Source: an uncultured Anaerolineae bacterium (GTDB taxonomy: Bacteria; Chloroflexota; Anaerolineae; Aggregatilineales; J027). Taken from it: 64,000 bases of DNA. How positions within the stretch are numbered: the first letter of the stretch is position 1; each line of letters starts with the position of its first letter. Below the pieces are notes generated by a model. The model was not told the DNA's origin. It did no database searches and saw only the letters and a program-made list of their open reading frames with translations. The stretch covers positions 9,269 through 73,268 of the forward strand of contig CAZXCU010000021.1 in the NCBI GenBank assembly GCA_964639245.1, given 5' to 3'. Made by a program: the position numbers and the translations under genes. Positions 44,123 to 53,183 of the stretch are shown here, piece by piece.

Positions 44123-46276
44123 CTATGTTGATCCAAACCGCCGCAGTTCATCGCGTGAGGCGCGATTGAACAGATAAAACGTGCCTTCGTCCTGAATATC
44201 CAGCAGAAAGTGGAAACGCGGCAGCGATGAAATAATGGATAAGTGCTGGGCGTTGAAATGCTGAAAAGCTGCATCTTCGCGGAAGACATTCATGCCTTGT
44301 TTCTGCGAGAAAATGACGCGAATCGGGCTGTTCTCGAAGATCAGACGTGCCTTGCCCTCCAAGAAAATAGACATATTTTGATCAATCGAAACCAACTTCT
44401 TGCGTCTGGTACGGAAGGTCTTGGCTGCCTCCACCAGAAAGTCCAGCAGGGAGGGATGGCGCAGCATCCGATAAACTTCATCGACTGCGATGACTCGCGG
44501 CTGCTCATCGCGTAGGCTGTCACGGCGAATGGCTGCCAAGCACTGAGCGTATGCCAGGGCAGTCATCGTGGGATCGTTCTCTAACTCATGGAAGGAGAAA
44601 ATGCGTGGGGCAATCCAATTCCGACCCGCACGCCCGAAGTCGAAGGTCGTGGTTCCATTCAGGAACTTTGCCCAAGGACCCGATCCGGTCACGAGTGCCG
44701 CGATTTCATCCGCCAAATCTTTGGCAATTTGCTGGATGTGGGGTTTGTCCCCCAAGCCAGACCCAGAGAGGACATCACAGACAAAATCGCAGGTCGGGGT
44801 TTTGTCGGGTGAGAGGCTTTCCAAATCCTCCCGATACGCGGCATAAACTATTTCAAGTGCCTGTGCCAGCAGACCCCGTTCCAAGTTCTCGCGCTGCCCG
44901 CCGGAAAGTGAACGTCCCATCACCGTTTCGTAGATACGAATAGTGTGGGAGGTCTGTTCCAGTAAAGTCGGGAACATCACATCCTGTGGATTGAGGCAGG
45001 TCGCCTGCGCTGACAGCACATACCAGGGCAGCCCGAAAGCAGAAGCCAGATGTTTGCCGTGTCCCATGGGTTCGAGCATGTCGAAGGACACGCCGTTCTC
45101 AGCATATTCACGGTTGAGCAGGCAGTTCAAGGCAAAGGTTTTGCCAAACCCTGACTGCCCGACCCAGACCTCATGTACGGCCCGTTTATCCCGCCACGAG
45201 TTGTGGAAAACCGGATATTTGCCACCCACCGCTTCGCCACGCAGCACCCCATCAACCACCCCCAGCTTGCGGTAGCCCAGAGGAGCTAACATCAAGGCAA
45301 GTTCGCGGGAAGTCACGGGATGGGTTGTGTTAGGTATCCCAATCGTCGCGCTTTTGGAAGCCGAGAACAGATAGGCAGAGCGCGAAAGCAGTTCACCCAC
45401 TTCCTGCCGTAATCTAAAATACGATCTTGCTTCAGTGATAACTTCGGAAACCCGCGCCTTGAGCGTGTCCAAGGTGTTGGCTGCTACCGCGATGGCAATC
45501 CGCACCGTATGCAGGGCATCCCCCTGATTAATTTCTTCAAGGGTACGGCGGCAGTCATTGATACGGGTGATGGCGCGGCTGTCTTCTCCGCCGCGCAAAG
45601 AGACCAGATGCACCTGATAGGCCTGAATGATGCCTTCCACCGCATCCACTGCTTTGTTGCGATCCAACGTTTCAGGGATGTCTATGCAGAGTGCCAAGGG
45701 GAAGTTCATCCGCAGCAGGGGTGGGATGGGACGGAAGAAATTCCATGCCGCAGGCAGAAATTCGTAGGAGTTCAGGATTGCCCAGAAAGGACGACCTCCC
45801 GGACGACCAATGGGTGCAAGGTGCGAAAAAGGGGTTTCGCGTAAGGCGTAGCGACCTTCAAATAAAGGCGGTAAATCCGCTTCAAGGGCGGGTGTATCGA
45901 AAGCTGAAGCCAATCCATTGGCAACGGTGCGTCCAGTTTCCTCTGTCCACAGGATCATGCCGCATAAGGCACGCTGGAATTCAGCATCGGCTTGAAGTTG
46001 TTCATAGTGCCTACGATAGGCCATGCACATCTCGGCACGAGCGCGGTCTTCCACCAGGCGGGCAGTCTCCGTCACTGCGTTGATTTTCTCGTTCAGGTCA
46101 GCGGGCATCTGCCAGCACAGGAAACGGGCAGGACCATCCAATGTGCGTAGGAACGCCGAGAACCGTCCCTGTAGGGCGGTGACACCTTCCTCAGTCGCGT
46201 GCATCATCAGGTCAAACGGTTCGATCAGCACGGTGCGAGCGGGTAACTCTTCTTTCTTACGACGAGGGGCAACCAC
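44123..46276 (-). CDS. VirB4/TrbE/TraC-like conjugation ATPase
   Basis: GTG start with a GGAGGAGG SD. Walker A VWVGQSGFGKTFALN and Walker B RVIAVDEVYRML. Confidence 0.8.
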   Translation of the reverse strand: MVAPRRKKEELPARTVLIEPFDLMMHATEEGVTALQGRFSAFLRTLDGPARFLCWQMPADLNEKINAVTETARLVEDRARAEMCMAYRRHYEQLQADAEFQRALCGMILWTEETGRTVANGLASAFDTPALEADLPPLFEGRYALRETPFSHLAPIGRPGGRPFWAILNSYEFLPAAWNFFRPIPPLLRMNFPLALCIDIPETLDRNKAVDAVEGIIQAYQVHLVSLRGGEDSRAITRINDCRRTLEEINQGDALHTVRIAIAVAANTLDTLKARVSEVITEARSYFRLRQEVGELLSRSAYLFSASKSATIGIPNTTHPVTSRELALMLAPLGYRKLGVVDGVLRGEAVGGKYPVFHNSWRDKRAVHEVWVGQSGFGKTFALNCLLNREYAENGVSFDMLEPMGHGKHLASAFGLPWYVLSAQATCLNPQDVMFPTLLEQTSHTIRIYETVMGRSLSGGQRENLERGLLAQALEIVYAAYREDLESLSPDKTPTCDFVCDVLSGSGLGDKPHIQQIAKDLADEIAALVTGSGPWAKFLNGTTTFDFGRAGRNWIAPRIFSFHELENDPTMTALAYAQCLAAIRRDSLRDEQPRVIAVDEVYRMLRHPSLLDFLVEAAKTFRTRRKKLVSIDQNMSIFLEGKARLIFENSPIRVIFSQKQGMNVFREDAAFQHFNAQHLSIISSLPRFHFLLDIQDEGTFYLFNRASRDELRRFGST

Positions 46277-46726
46277 TTACACCTCCTCCACAAAGACCAA
46301 ACCCTGCCCATCCTCATCGGGTGCGGCGTAGGTTTCCCACTGAGACAAATCAACTTCTACCGCCTTTTCAGGTGGGGCATAGACCTGTGTTCCATCCAAC
46401 ATGACCAGGTGGATCGGCAGTTCCAATGTTTCTGCCGCTTGTGCGATGAGACTGTCGGGCTGACTGGCAGCGGCGATAATGAACCAGCCGCGCACGCGAT
46501 ACAGCAGGCGGGTATACAGACTCAAGCCGCCACGCTGGGCAGAGAGAATCAGCAGACCAATGAAGCCTACAAATCCGAAGGGAATAGCACCAATAGGGAA
46601 AACAATACGGGCGATCATGAAGATGACTACCGCCCCTACCCCTGCTCCCAGGAGGCGTTTGAAGGGAATGCCAAACATGCCTTTTTCGTCCCGTCGCAAG
46701 ACGTGGGATTTGAATTCTGCTACCAT
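46277..46726 (-). CDS. VirB3/PrgI-like small membrane protein
   Basis: Two hydrophobic helices (GAVVIFMIARIVFPIGAIPFGFVGFIGLLIL). Located immediately upstream of virB4-like. GAGGAGG SD. Confidence 0.5.
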   Translation of the reverse strand: MVAEFKSHVLRRDEKGMFGIPFKRLLGAGVGAVVIFMIARIVFPIGAIPFGFVGFIGLLILSAQRGGLSLYTRLLYRVRGWFIIAAASQPDSLIAQAAETLELPIHLVMLDGTQVYAPPEKAVEVDLSQWETYAAPDEDGQGLVFVEEV

Positions 46727-46830
46727 CGGGGATCGTCCTCCTCAATAAGAGGCAGTCGAGTCACCCCGACCGCCCATCCTCACAAAATATCCAACAGCCC
46801 GCTTCAAGTTGTGTGTGCCACCCCCTTTCC

Positions 46831-47073
46831 TTAAGTGAACGAGATCAGGCTGGCAACTGATGAAGCCAGCAGGACGAAGACCAAACCCATCACGACGCTG
46901 GAGGCTGCCTGCGGATTGTTTTTCTTCCAATCCCCGATCACGGGCATGGATGAACCGAGGTACATCAAGCCCAGCCCCAGTATGCCGAGAAAGGCGAAGA
47001 TGGGCGCAACGATTTGCGCTAGCGATTTGAGGTCAGTGAAAAACCCCTCAATGGCTGTTCCGAAATTGCCCAT
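46831..47073 (-). CDS. VirB2/TrbC-like pilin-type small membrane protein
   Basis: ATG 47073 with a GGAGGAAA SD. The protein is 80 aa with two TM helices (IVAPIFAFLGILGLGLMYL and VVMGLVFVLLASSVASLI). Confidence 0.5.
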   Translation of the reverse strand: MGNFGTAIEGFFTDLKSLAQIVAPIFAFLGILGLGLMYLGSSMPVIGDWKKNNPQAASSVVMGLVFVLLASSVASLISFT

Positions 47074-47212
47074 AGGCACTTTCCTCCAAAAAACCAATAA
47101 GATGACGTTGTACTCTGAGGATAAAGGGGAAGGGCTAGACAAAGTGTTCGATGACTGAACATAGGCTGTCAAGTCGCTGACAAACCCGCCCATTCTGTAG
47201 GCTAATCTACGC

Positions 47213-47218
47213 TATAAT
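47213..47218 (+). promoter_or_regulatory. Candidate -10 hexamer TATAAT upstream of the giant kinase/STAND gene
   Basis: Perfect TATAAT at 47213-47218, but no good -35 element. It sits 6 nt before the track TTG start, which favours ATG 47257 as the real start. Confidence 0.3.
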
Positions 47219-47256
47219 ATTATTTGAAATCTTTTGCTTCAGATGGATACAAATTT

Positions 47257-50200
47257 ATGCCAAAGATAATTGGGTTTGAAGGATTAAGCGAAAGCTATCA
47301 GAGACTACTACAAGTGGTTGCTGACACACTCGACCTAAACTTATATGAGATTGAACGTATCGATACAGGTAAGTCTACTGCGATTTTGTATCTAGTCTCT
47401 TTGGAAGGTAGTAAACAAGTCATAATAAAAATGGATGAAGTACGAACAAAAGCTGGGGTGAAACATGATGAGTCTGCATCTCATACGCTTGCTCAAAATT
47501 CCTATGCTCCTTGGATTTCAAAGAATATAACCGCTTTGGTTGCCGACCCTATATATTTGCCGGGAAAACACAAAAAGGTCGCAATGATATATGAAATTGC
47601 AGGATATTCTCTTCAAACAGTAAAACCGCTTTCTCATTATGGTTTTTCCTCTAGCACATCAAATGTAATATCTCTAATTGTTAATGATATACTAGACGAT
47701 TTTCTATCTATAAAGAGAGAAACAGAAAAAGCATCACCCTATGATGTTCTTCAACACTGGACCAAGAATCGATTACACAATTTAGATTCAGTGTTTGAGG
47801 ACATTTCTCAAGTCGCTTCATCGACTGCTGGGTTGATGATAGATGGGGTTGTTTTGCCAAATCCACTATTATATCTACACGACAGAAAATTATGGCAAAA
47901 TAAAGAATTCTTTGTTGTAAAAACTAGCAGACATGGTGATTTACATTTAGGCAACATACTCTATGATAATAGTTTAAAAAAATACTTTCTAATTGACTTT
48001 GCAATGTTCCAAGTAGAGAGTTATGGTTTTTTTGATATACCATATCTTTTGCTTAGTTACATACTTTTGCTTTCCGGGTCTTTAGATATTTCTTCTAAGA
48101 AATTTCTTGGAGCTTTGGCAGCAAACACAGGGATGTATAATTCTGATGGGCTTGAGTTTAATACCTTAAACGATAACCTAGCTCCAATAACTAGTCAGCT
48201 TCGGGAATTTGGTCAGAAATATGGTAGTCATTATGGAAACCAAGACGACTTTTGGATCCAGTACCACTTAGCTGGGATCGCAACAGGTCTAATTCAGGCA
48301 AGTGTGCAATCTATTTCTAAAGATAAGAAATTTGTGGCTTTGATTTTCGCTGCTAGTCACATGGAGGCTTTGCGACACCGATGGAATATGCCACGTCCCG
48401 CAAAAGCAGTTGAAATGAATGCTACGGTAACTTACATGGGTGATGAATTTATGTCTGAATTCGATATTTTAATGGACAGATGTGATAACTTTTCCCCAGG
48501 TCGCTTATATATTGCGGTTATAGGTCCTTCCAACAATGCTGTTACAAAATTAAATGCATTTGGCAGAGTTCCATGGAATTTAGTTATTGATTTTAATCCA
48601 AATCTTTCGCAGCATGATCAAATTTTCCAAGCATGTAAAGTTGAAATCGAACAAAAGAGATCGCTCCATCTCATTACCACCGACAACTACGATGCAATTG
48701 AAATATACCCTGATCGGGCTACAACCTATTGGTATGGGGCATCAGGATTAAATGAGCGACCAAGTACAAAACCAAATACTCCAACTAGTTCGACTTACAC
48801 AGAATGGATGAGAAATAACCACAGGCGATCCCTTAATCAATTTGTCGATAAATTGGCTACAAATAGTCATTTTCAACCAGTTAGCCTATTAATTTTTTGG
48901 GACGAGGGAAAATATATTGAAGCAGTCCATGATCAGTTATTTGAAGTCTTCACAGATCGCATTGATACATTTGTTATTTTAGAAGAATCTGATAGACGAA
49001 AATACTTGCAGGAAAGAATAGATGCCACAATGGTTCCCCTAAATCTGCATCAATTTGTAGAGGGAATAGAGAGGTACATTGGTTCGGCATCCAAATCAAT
49101 AACTGGTTTTCTCCTTCCAACTCGTGACAGAAATACTAGCCCAAGAGAAATATCGATTTCCAAAGTTAATTGGGTCCAGGAATTGATGGAACTTGTTCAT
49201 CTAGATATTGAGAACATCCCTCCCGAGTCTGAAGATGAATTTGAACGTAGTTTTTATCAAGGTAGAAAAATAACTTGGCGTGAACTGCTTGCTGATAAAG
49301 ATATTCCTCGCTTAGTGCCTCAAAGAAATCTTGAAAAAGCAGTTGTTCAACGTTTAGAAAATCGAGACGCATCTATTATTTATCTATATCACGAACCGGG
49401 AGCAGGAGGAACCACTCTTGCTAGACGTATTGCTTGGGATATACATAGGAAATATCCCGTCATAATTCTTCACAGTGCTGATGATTCTAACGAAGCATTT
49501 CAGCGCTTAACATATATTTACGAGGAGACTGATTCTATTATTTTAGCAATAGTTGAAGCATCCGATGTAAATGAAGATCAGCTAAAAAGCCTTTTTGACC
49601 AGTGCATTAGTGATAATCTACCTATCCTGTTTTTGTATGTAAAGAGGGCTTTTGAATCCCCAGGGGGAAACGCTATCTTTTTGCGTGAAGCACTAGATAG
49701 AGATGAAGCTCTCGCCTTTTCAATTCGTTATGCTGAATTGAAACCCAATAAACGAAACATTCTTAGTGAGCAAGCACAGGCTTCTAATCCCGCCGAGCGA
49801 ACTCCATTCTTTTTTGGGTTATTAGCATTTGAAGAAAACTATATTCGTCTAGACGATTACGTTAGAGCACGTTTAGGCGATTTACAAAGTGGCTCAAATG
49901 ATATTGAAAATATACAGAAGATGTTAATCTATCTTTCTATTGCATATTATTTTTCTCAGCAGGCTCTTGAGATTCAAATATTCGCACATCTATTAAACCT
50001 ACCGCAAAATAGACGGGTGATATTGCAGCCTTTATTTGAAAAATACCAAGGTCCTCTTTCGCTGCTAGTTCCAGAGAATGATGGCAAAACTTGGCGACCA
50101 ATGCATACGTTGGTCGCAGAAGAAATAATGAGACAATTATTTTCCAATAACTTTGCTGAAAATTATTCTCAAGATGACTGGTTAGAGTACCTTTCAATAT

Positions 50201-51723
50201 ATTCAAAGACCTTCGTAGAATATCTTGCCCAACTTCAAACTATGTTATCACCTTTATCGATTCGTCCTATCGATGATCTGATTAAAAAAATCTTTATAGA
50301 TCGCGATGATCAGCTAGACTTAACCTTTGAGGACACAGTACAAATCACCACTGTGGGAACTAAAAAATACTCTCGCCTAATTGATGCAATCAAGTCAGAT
50401 AACGGTAAAAAAGTCATCTTTGATGCACTTGTATTCAACTTTCCTAAAAAATCACACTACTGGGCACATAGAGGACGCTTTACATGGCTGGTCGAAAGAA
50501 ATTATGAACTAGCGCTTAATGATTTGGACACAGCAATTAATTTATCTGGTGGACGAGATACAGAAGATTATATTTTGCATCACATGCGCGGTATGGCTAT
50601 GAGGGCATGGGCAGAAAAAGATATGGATCATTCGGAAAGAAGTTATAGGACAACTGGAAAATTTAGCTCAGACTTCTTGATAAGCATAGATCAAAAGGTT
50701 TCAGATGCGTTAAAATCCTTTGCTATAAGTAGAGAATTACGCCCAAATCGGGGACATGGCTATATATCTGCCATTCAAATATTAATTCGCATGATTGAAT
50801 TTGGGTATAAAACTAGCGGATATGATAGCTATGGGGAATTTTTGAGAGCAACATCGGCAAGTAAATATCTTGATTACTTGCAAGAAGCCGAAGGTCTATT
50901 AGATCAACTACAACGTCAAACCCAACAGAGGCGGTCAGATAAATATATACAAGAGTGTGAAGCAAAATTGCTTGAGTTTTATGGTGATTACTCTAGGCTT
51001 ATCGAGGGTTGGCAAAATATGCTGGATCGCGGTACTGGTCATGCCCCATCTATTAGAAGGGGGTTAGTATATACATATGTAAGGCGTAAAGATGGATGGG
51101 ATTATCTTGAAGAACGAGAGCTTCAACGTACTTTAGAATTAATGGAAGTTAACCTACACCAAGAACCAAATGAATCGCGCAATGTATGGTTGTGGTTTCA
51201 ATCAGCTAGAAGACTAAATATTGCGATAGATATATTAATTGAAAGACTGTTTTACTGGGAGCGCAAAGGAAATTCTGTAGAAACAGCATTTTACTTATAT
51301 GTGTTATATGCAGTCAAAACTATTGAAGGATCCGCAACATCTAAAGAACCTTGTGAGCGTGTTATGGAAACCTGTAAACGACTTGCTCAAGGAAATCCTA
51401 ATAGAACACGCTCTTTAGAGTGGTTGACCTATGGTGATGGAGTGGGAAGTTTGATACATAGGTCTTCCCTAGGCAGGTGGGACAAAATTAAAGACTTTTA
51501 TGAAGATACCTCTAAACTATATCGGGTAAGAGGAACTATTTCTCGTATTGTTGATCGTCGTAAGGGTAACATAGAGTTGGCATGTGGTTTAAAGGCATTT
51601 TTTATCCCAGGTGTAACTGAAGACATAGCTGGTACTTTAAGTCTCAATATGCCAGTTGATTTCTTTCTCGGCTTTAGCTACGACGGATTAAGAGCTTGGC
51701 AAGTTGAAGTATTGGACAAGTAA
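47257..51723 (+). CDS. Giant multidomain protein: protein-kinase-like/APH-fold N-terminus, Rossmann-type middle domain, STAND-like NTPase with altered P-loop, TPR-like repeats, C-terminal OB-like domain
   Basis: Kinase-like: DTGKSTAILYLV, QVIIKMDE and SRHGDLHLGNILYD...FLIDF. NTPase: LYHEPGAGGTTLARRIAWD (Gly where the Walker A Lys is expected) with DSIILAIVEASD. TPR-like: HYWAHRGRFTWLVERNYELALNDLDTAINL. C-terminal: LYRVRGTISRIVDRRKGNIELACGLKAFFIPG. The gene is AT-rich and lies antisense within the T4SS operon. Confidence 0.65.
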   Translation: MPKIIGFEGLSESYQRLLQVVADTLDLNLYEIERIDTGKSTAILYLVSLEGSKQVIIKMDEVRTKAGVKHDESASHTLAQNSYAPWISKNITALVADPIYLPGKHKKVAMIYEIAGYSLQTVKPLSHYGFSSSTSNVISLIVNDILDDFLSIKRETEKASPYDVLQHWTKNRLHNLDSVFEDISQVASSTAGLMIDGVVLPNPLLYLHDRKLWQNKEFFVVKTSRHGDLHLGNILYDNSLKKYFLIDFAMFQVESYGFFDIPYLLLSYILLLSGSLDISSKKFLGALAANTGMYNSDGLEFNTLNDNLAPITSQLREFGQKYGSHYGNQDDFWIQYHLAGIATGLIQASVQSISKDKKFVALIFAASHMEALRHRWNMPRPAKAVEMNATVTYMGDEFMSEFDILMDRCDNFSPGRLYIAVIGPSNNAVTKLNAFGRVPWNLVIDFNPNLSQHDQIFQACKVEIEQKRSLHLITTDNYDAIEIYPDRATTYWYGASGLNERPSTKPNTPTSSTYTEWMRNNHRRSLNQFVDKLATNSHFQPVSLLIFWDEGKYIEAVHDQLFEVFTDRIDTFVILEESDRRKYLQERIDATMVPLNLHQFVEGIERYIGSASKSITGFLLPTRDRNTSPREISISKVNWVQELMELVHLDIENIPPESEDEFERSFYQGRKITWRELLADKDIPRLVPQRNLEKAVVQRLENRDASIIYLYHEPGAGGTTLARRIAWDIHRKYPVIILHSADDSNEAFQRLTYIYEETDSIILAIVEASDVNEDQLKSLFDQCISDNLPILFLYVKRAFESPGGNAIFLREALDRDEALAFSIRYAELKPNKRNILSEQAQASNPAERTPFFFGLLAFEENYIRLDDYVRARLGDLQSGSNDIENIQKMLIYLSIAYYFSQQALEIQIFAHLLNLPQNRRVILQPLFEKYQGPLSLLVPENDGKTWRPMHTLVAEEIMRQLFSNNFAENYSQDDWLEYLSIYSKTFVEYLAQLQTMLSPLSIRPIDDLIKKIFIDRDDQLDLTFEDTVQITTVGTKKYSRLIDAIKSDNGKKVIFDALVFNFPKKSHYWAHRGRFTWLVERNYELALNDLDTAINLSGGRDTEDYILHHMRGMAMRAWAEKDMDHSERSYRTTGKFSSDFLISIDQKVSDALKSFAISRELRPNRGHGYISAIQILIRMIEFGYKTSGYDSYGEFLRATSASKYLDYLQEAEGLLDQLQRQTQQRRSDKYIQECEAKLLEFYGDYSRLIEGWQNMLDRGTGHAPSIRRGLVYTYVRRKDGWDYLEERELQRTLELMEVNLHQEPNESRNVWLWFQSARRLNIAIDILIERLFYWERKGNSVETAFYLYVLYAVKTIEGSATSKEPCERVMETCKRLAQGNPNRTRSLEWLTYGDGVGSLIHRSSLGRWDKIKDFYEDTSKLYRVRGTISRIVDRRKGNIELACGLKAFFIPGVTEDIAGTLSLNMPVDFFLGFSYDGLRAWQVEVLDK

Positions 51724-51782
51724 TATGATTTATATAGTATTTATGCAAAACATTTTAGGAGATATTTTTAAATTAGTTCTTT

Positions 51783-53180
51783 TCAGTACAGCTGAATGCT
51801 GAACCGATACGTTAACACATCAAGTGAAATAAATTGCATTTGATCCTCCCATAGCCAAGTAATGGTTAGAGTTGCCGCCTGCCCTGGAAGGATGGTCATC
51901 TCTGCCAAATTAGTGGTTGGTATCCAAGGTCCGGGCGGATTAGGTTGGTTGCCAAAAGCCATCTGTATATCATCAGGGTAAAGGGTCACTGGGTCAAATT
52001 GCCCGTTGTAGAACCGCAGGCTTGTCACCAGATACCCATCGGGTGAGGTCTCCACGCTGACCAATTCCACGTAGAGCAGATCACGTGCTGGCAAAGGAGT
52101 AGAAGTGGGGATAAGTGGTGTAGGGGTTGCAAGGGGTGTATCTCGCTCAATATCCGTCGAGAGGAAGCCCTCACGGGTCAATTCCTGTTCCGCTTCATAA
52201 CGCCCTACCACCAACAAACGGGTAGCAGTTGGTGCGCCTTCATCATCGAGTTCACCGATCAAGACTAGCACTAAGCCGGGTGAAATCTGCCGAAAAGCAG
52301 CTGTGTCGCTGCGACGAGCCTCAGTTTTCCGCTCAAAGTGGTACTCAATGATTGCCCCGGTATTGAGAACAAGATGAAATACCGCTCCCTCGTTCAAGCG
52401 AGTAAAGAGGTCTTCGTTCTCCTCACTCCACGGGATGCCCACCACTCGCCGCACTGACATACCCAACAGGTAGCTGGCGGTATCGGGGTTAGGGTCATAT
52501 TCCCATTCGGAATACTCCACTGCCCGCCGCTGCACGACAAAGACCCGCGGCTGCTGTTCACCCTCTGGGTAGATTTGCAGCCCAACGGGGTACGAGAGCG
52601 TGCGGCTGCTATCCCGATCCCCATCCTTGATGATGGTATCCTGCTCCTCAAGGGCGATAGGAGTAGGTGTGACGGTGTAGCGCAGTGTCGGTGAGGCATA
52701 CGGATTGGCAGCTTCATCCACTTTAGGTTCATCACCTCCACCGATACGTGTCATCAAGATAAAAAGGAAGAAACAAATAAACAGCAATCCGGCTGCTCCC
52801 ATAAGCAGCATGGGATTGGGCATTCCACTCCCCTTCGGCATGTATTCGTCTTCTGGGGCAGTCAGAGGTTCACCGCCCATCGCGGCAGCCTTGACCCGCT
52901 GCGGCGGTTTCGCCCACCGCGCTCCAACAGGCACAAGGGCATCCTGCTCAAAACGTGCCAGCAGTGCCTGCACCACTTGTAGTTCTTCGGCATCGGTCAC
53001 TGCATTCACTTTACCCGCTTCACGCTCTAACACCTCACGGTAATACTGCTGCCGCTGGGTAGGGACAAGGGCGTAGGCTTCATCCAGTTCCGCTAGGGAC
53101 AACCCATGCCATGCTGCCAACGGGCGGTACTGAACTTCCTCAAGTTCAGGGATGGGGGCAATCGTTTCGTTTTTGGTCAT
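51783..53180 (-). CDS. Hypothetical single-pass membrane protein of the T4SS operon
   Basis: Central TM segment LLMGAAGLLFICFFLFILMT. Packed 4 nt from the upstream stop. Confidence 0.55.
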   Translation of the reverse strand: MTKNETIAPIPELEEVQYRPLAAWHGLSLAELDEAYALVPTQRQQYYREVLEREAGKVNAVTDAEELQVVQALLARFEQDALVPVGARWAKPPQRVKAAAMGGEPLTAPEDEYMPKGSGMPNPMLLMGAAGLLFICFFLFILMTRIGGGDEPKVDEAANPYASPTLRYTVTPTPIALEEQDTIIKDGDRDSSRTLSYPVGLQIYPEGEQQPRVFVVQRRAVEYSEWEYDPNPDTASYLLGMSVRRVVGIPWSEENEDLFTRLNEGAVFHLVLNTGAIIEYHFERKTEARRSDTAAFRQISPGLVLVLIGELDDEGAPTATRLLVVGRYEAEQELTREGFLSTDIERDTPLATPTPLIPTSTPLPARDLLYVELVSVETSPDGYLVTSLRFYNGQFDPVTLYPDDIQMAFGNQPNPPGPWIPTTNLAEMTILPGQAATLTITWLWEDQMQFISLDVLTYRFSIQLY

Positions 53181-53183
53181 GCG

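Noticed and set aside
48520-48760. A SIR2-like NADase domain in the giant protein, based on LITTDNYDAIE and neighbouring strands.
   Set aside because: The expected GAGxS loop and catalytic His are absent (IGPSNN and YWYGASG instead). It is reported only as a possible degenerate Rossmann domain, not as an annotated SIR2.
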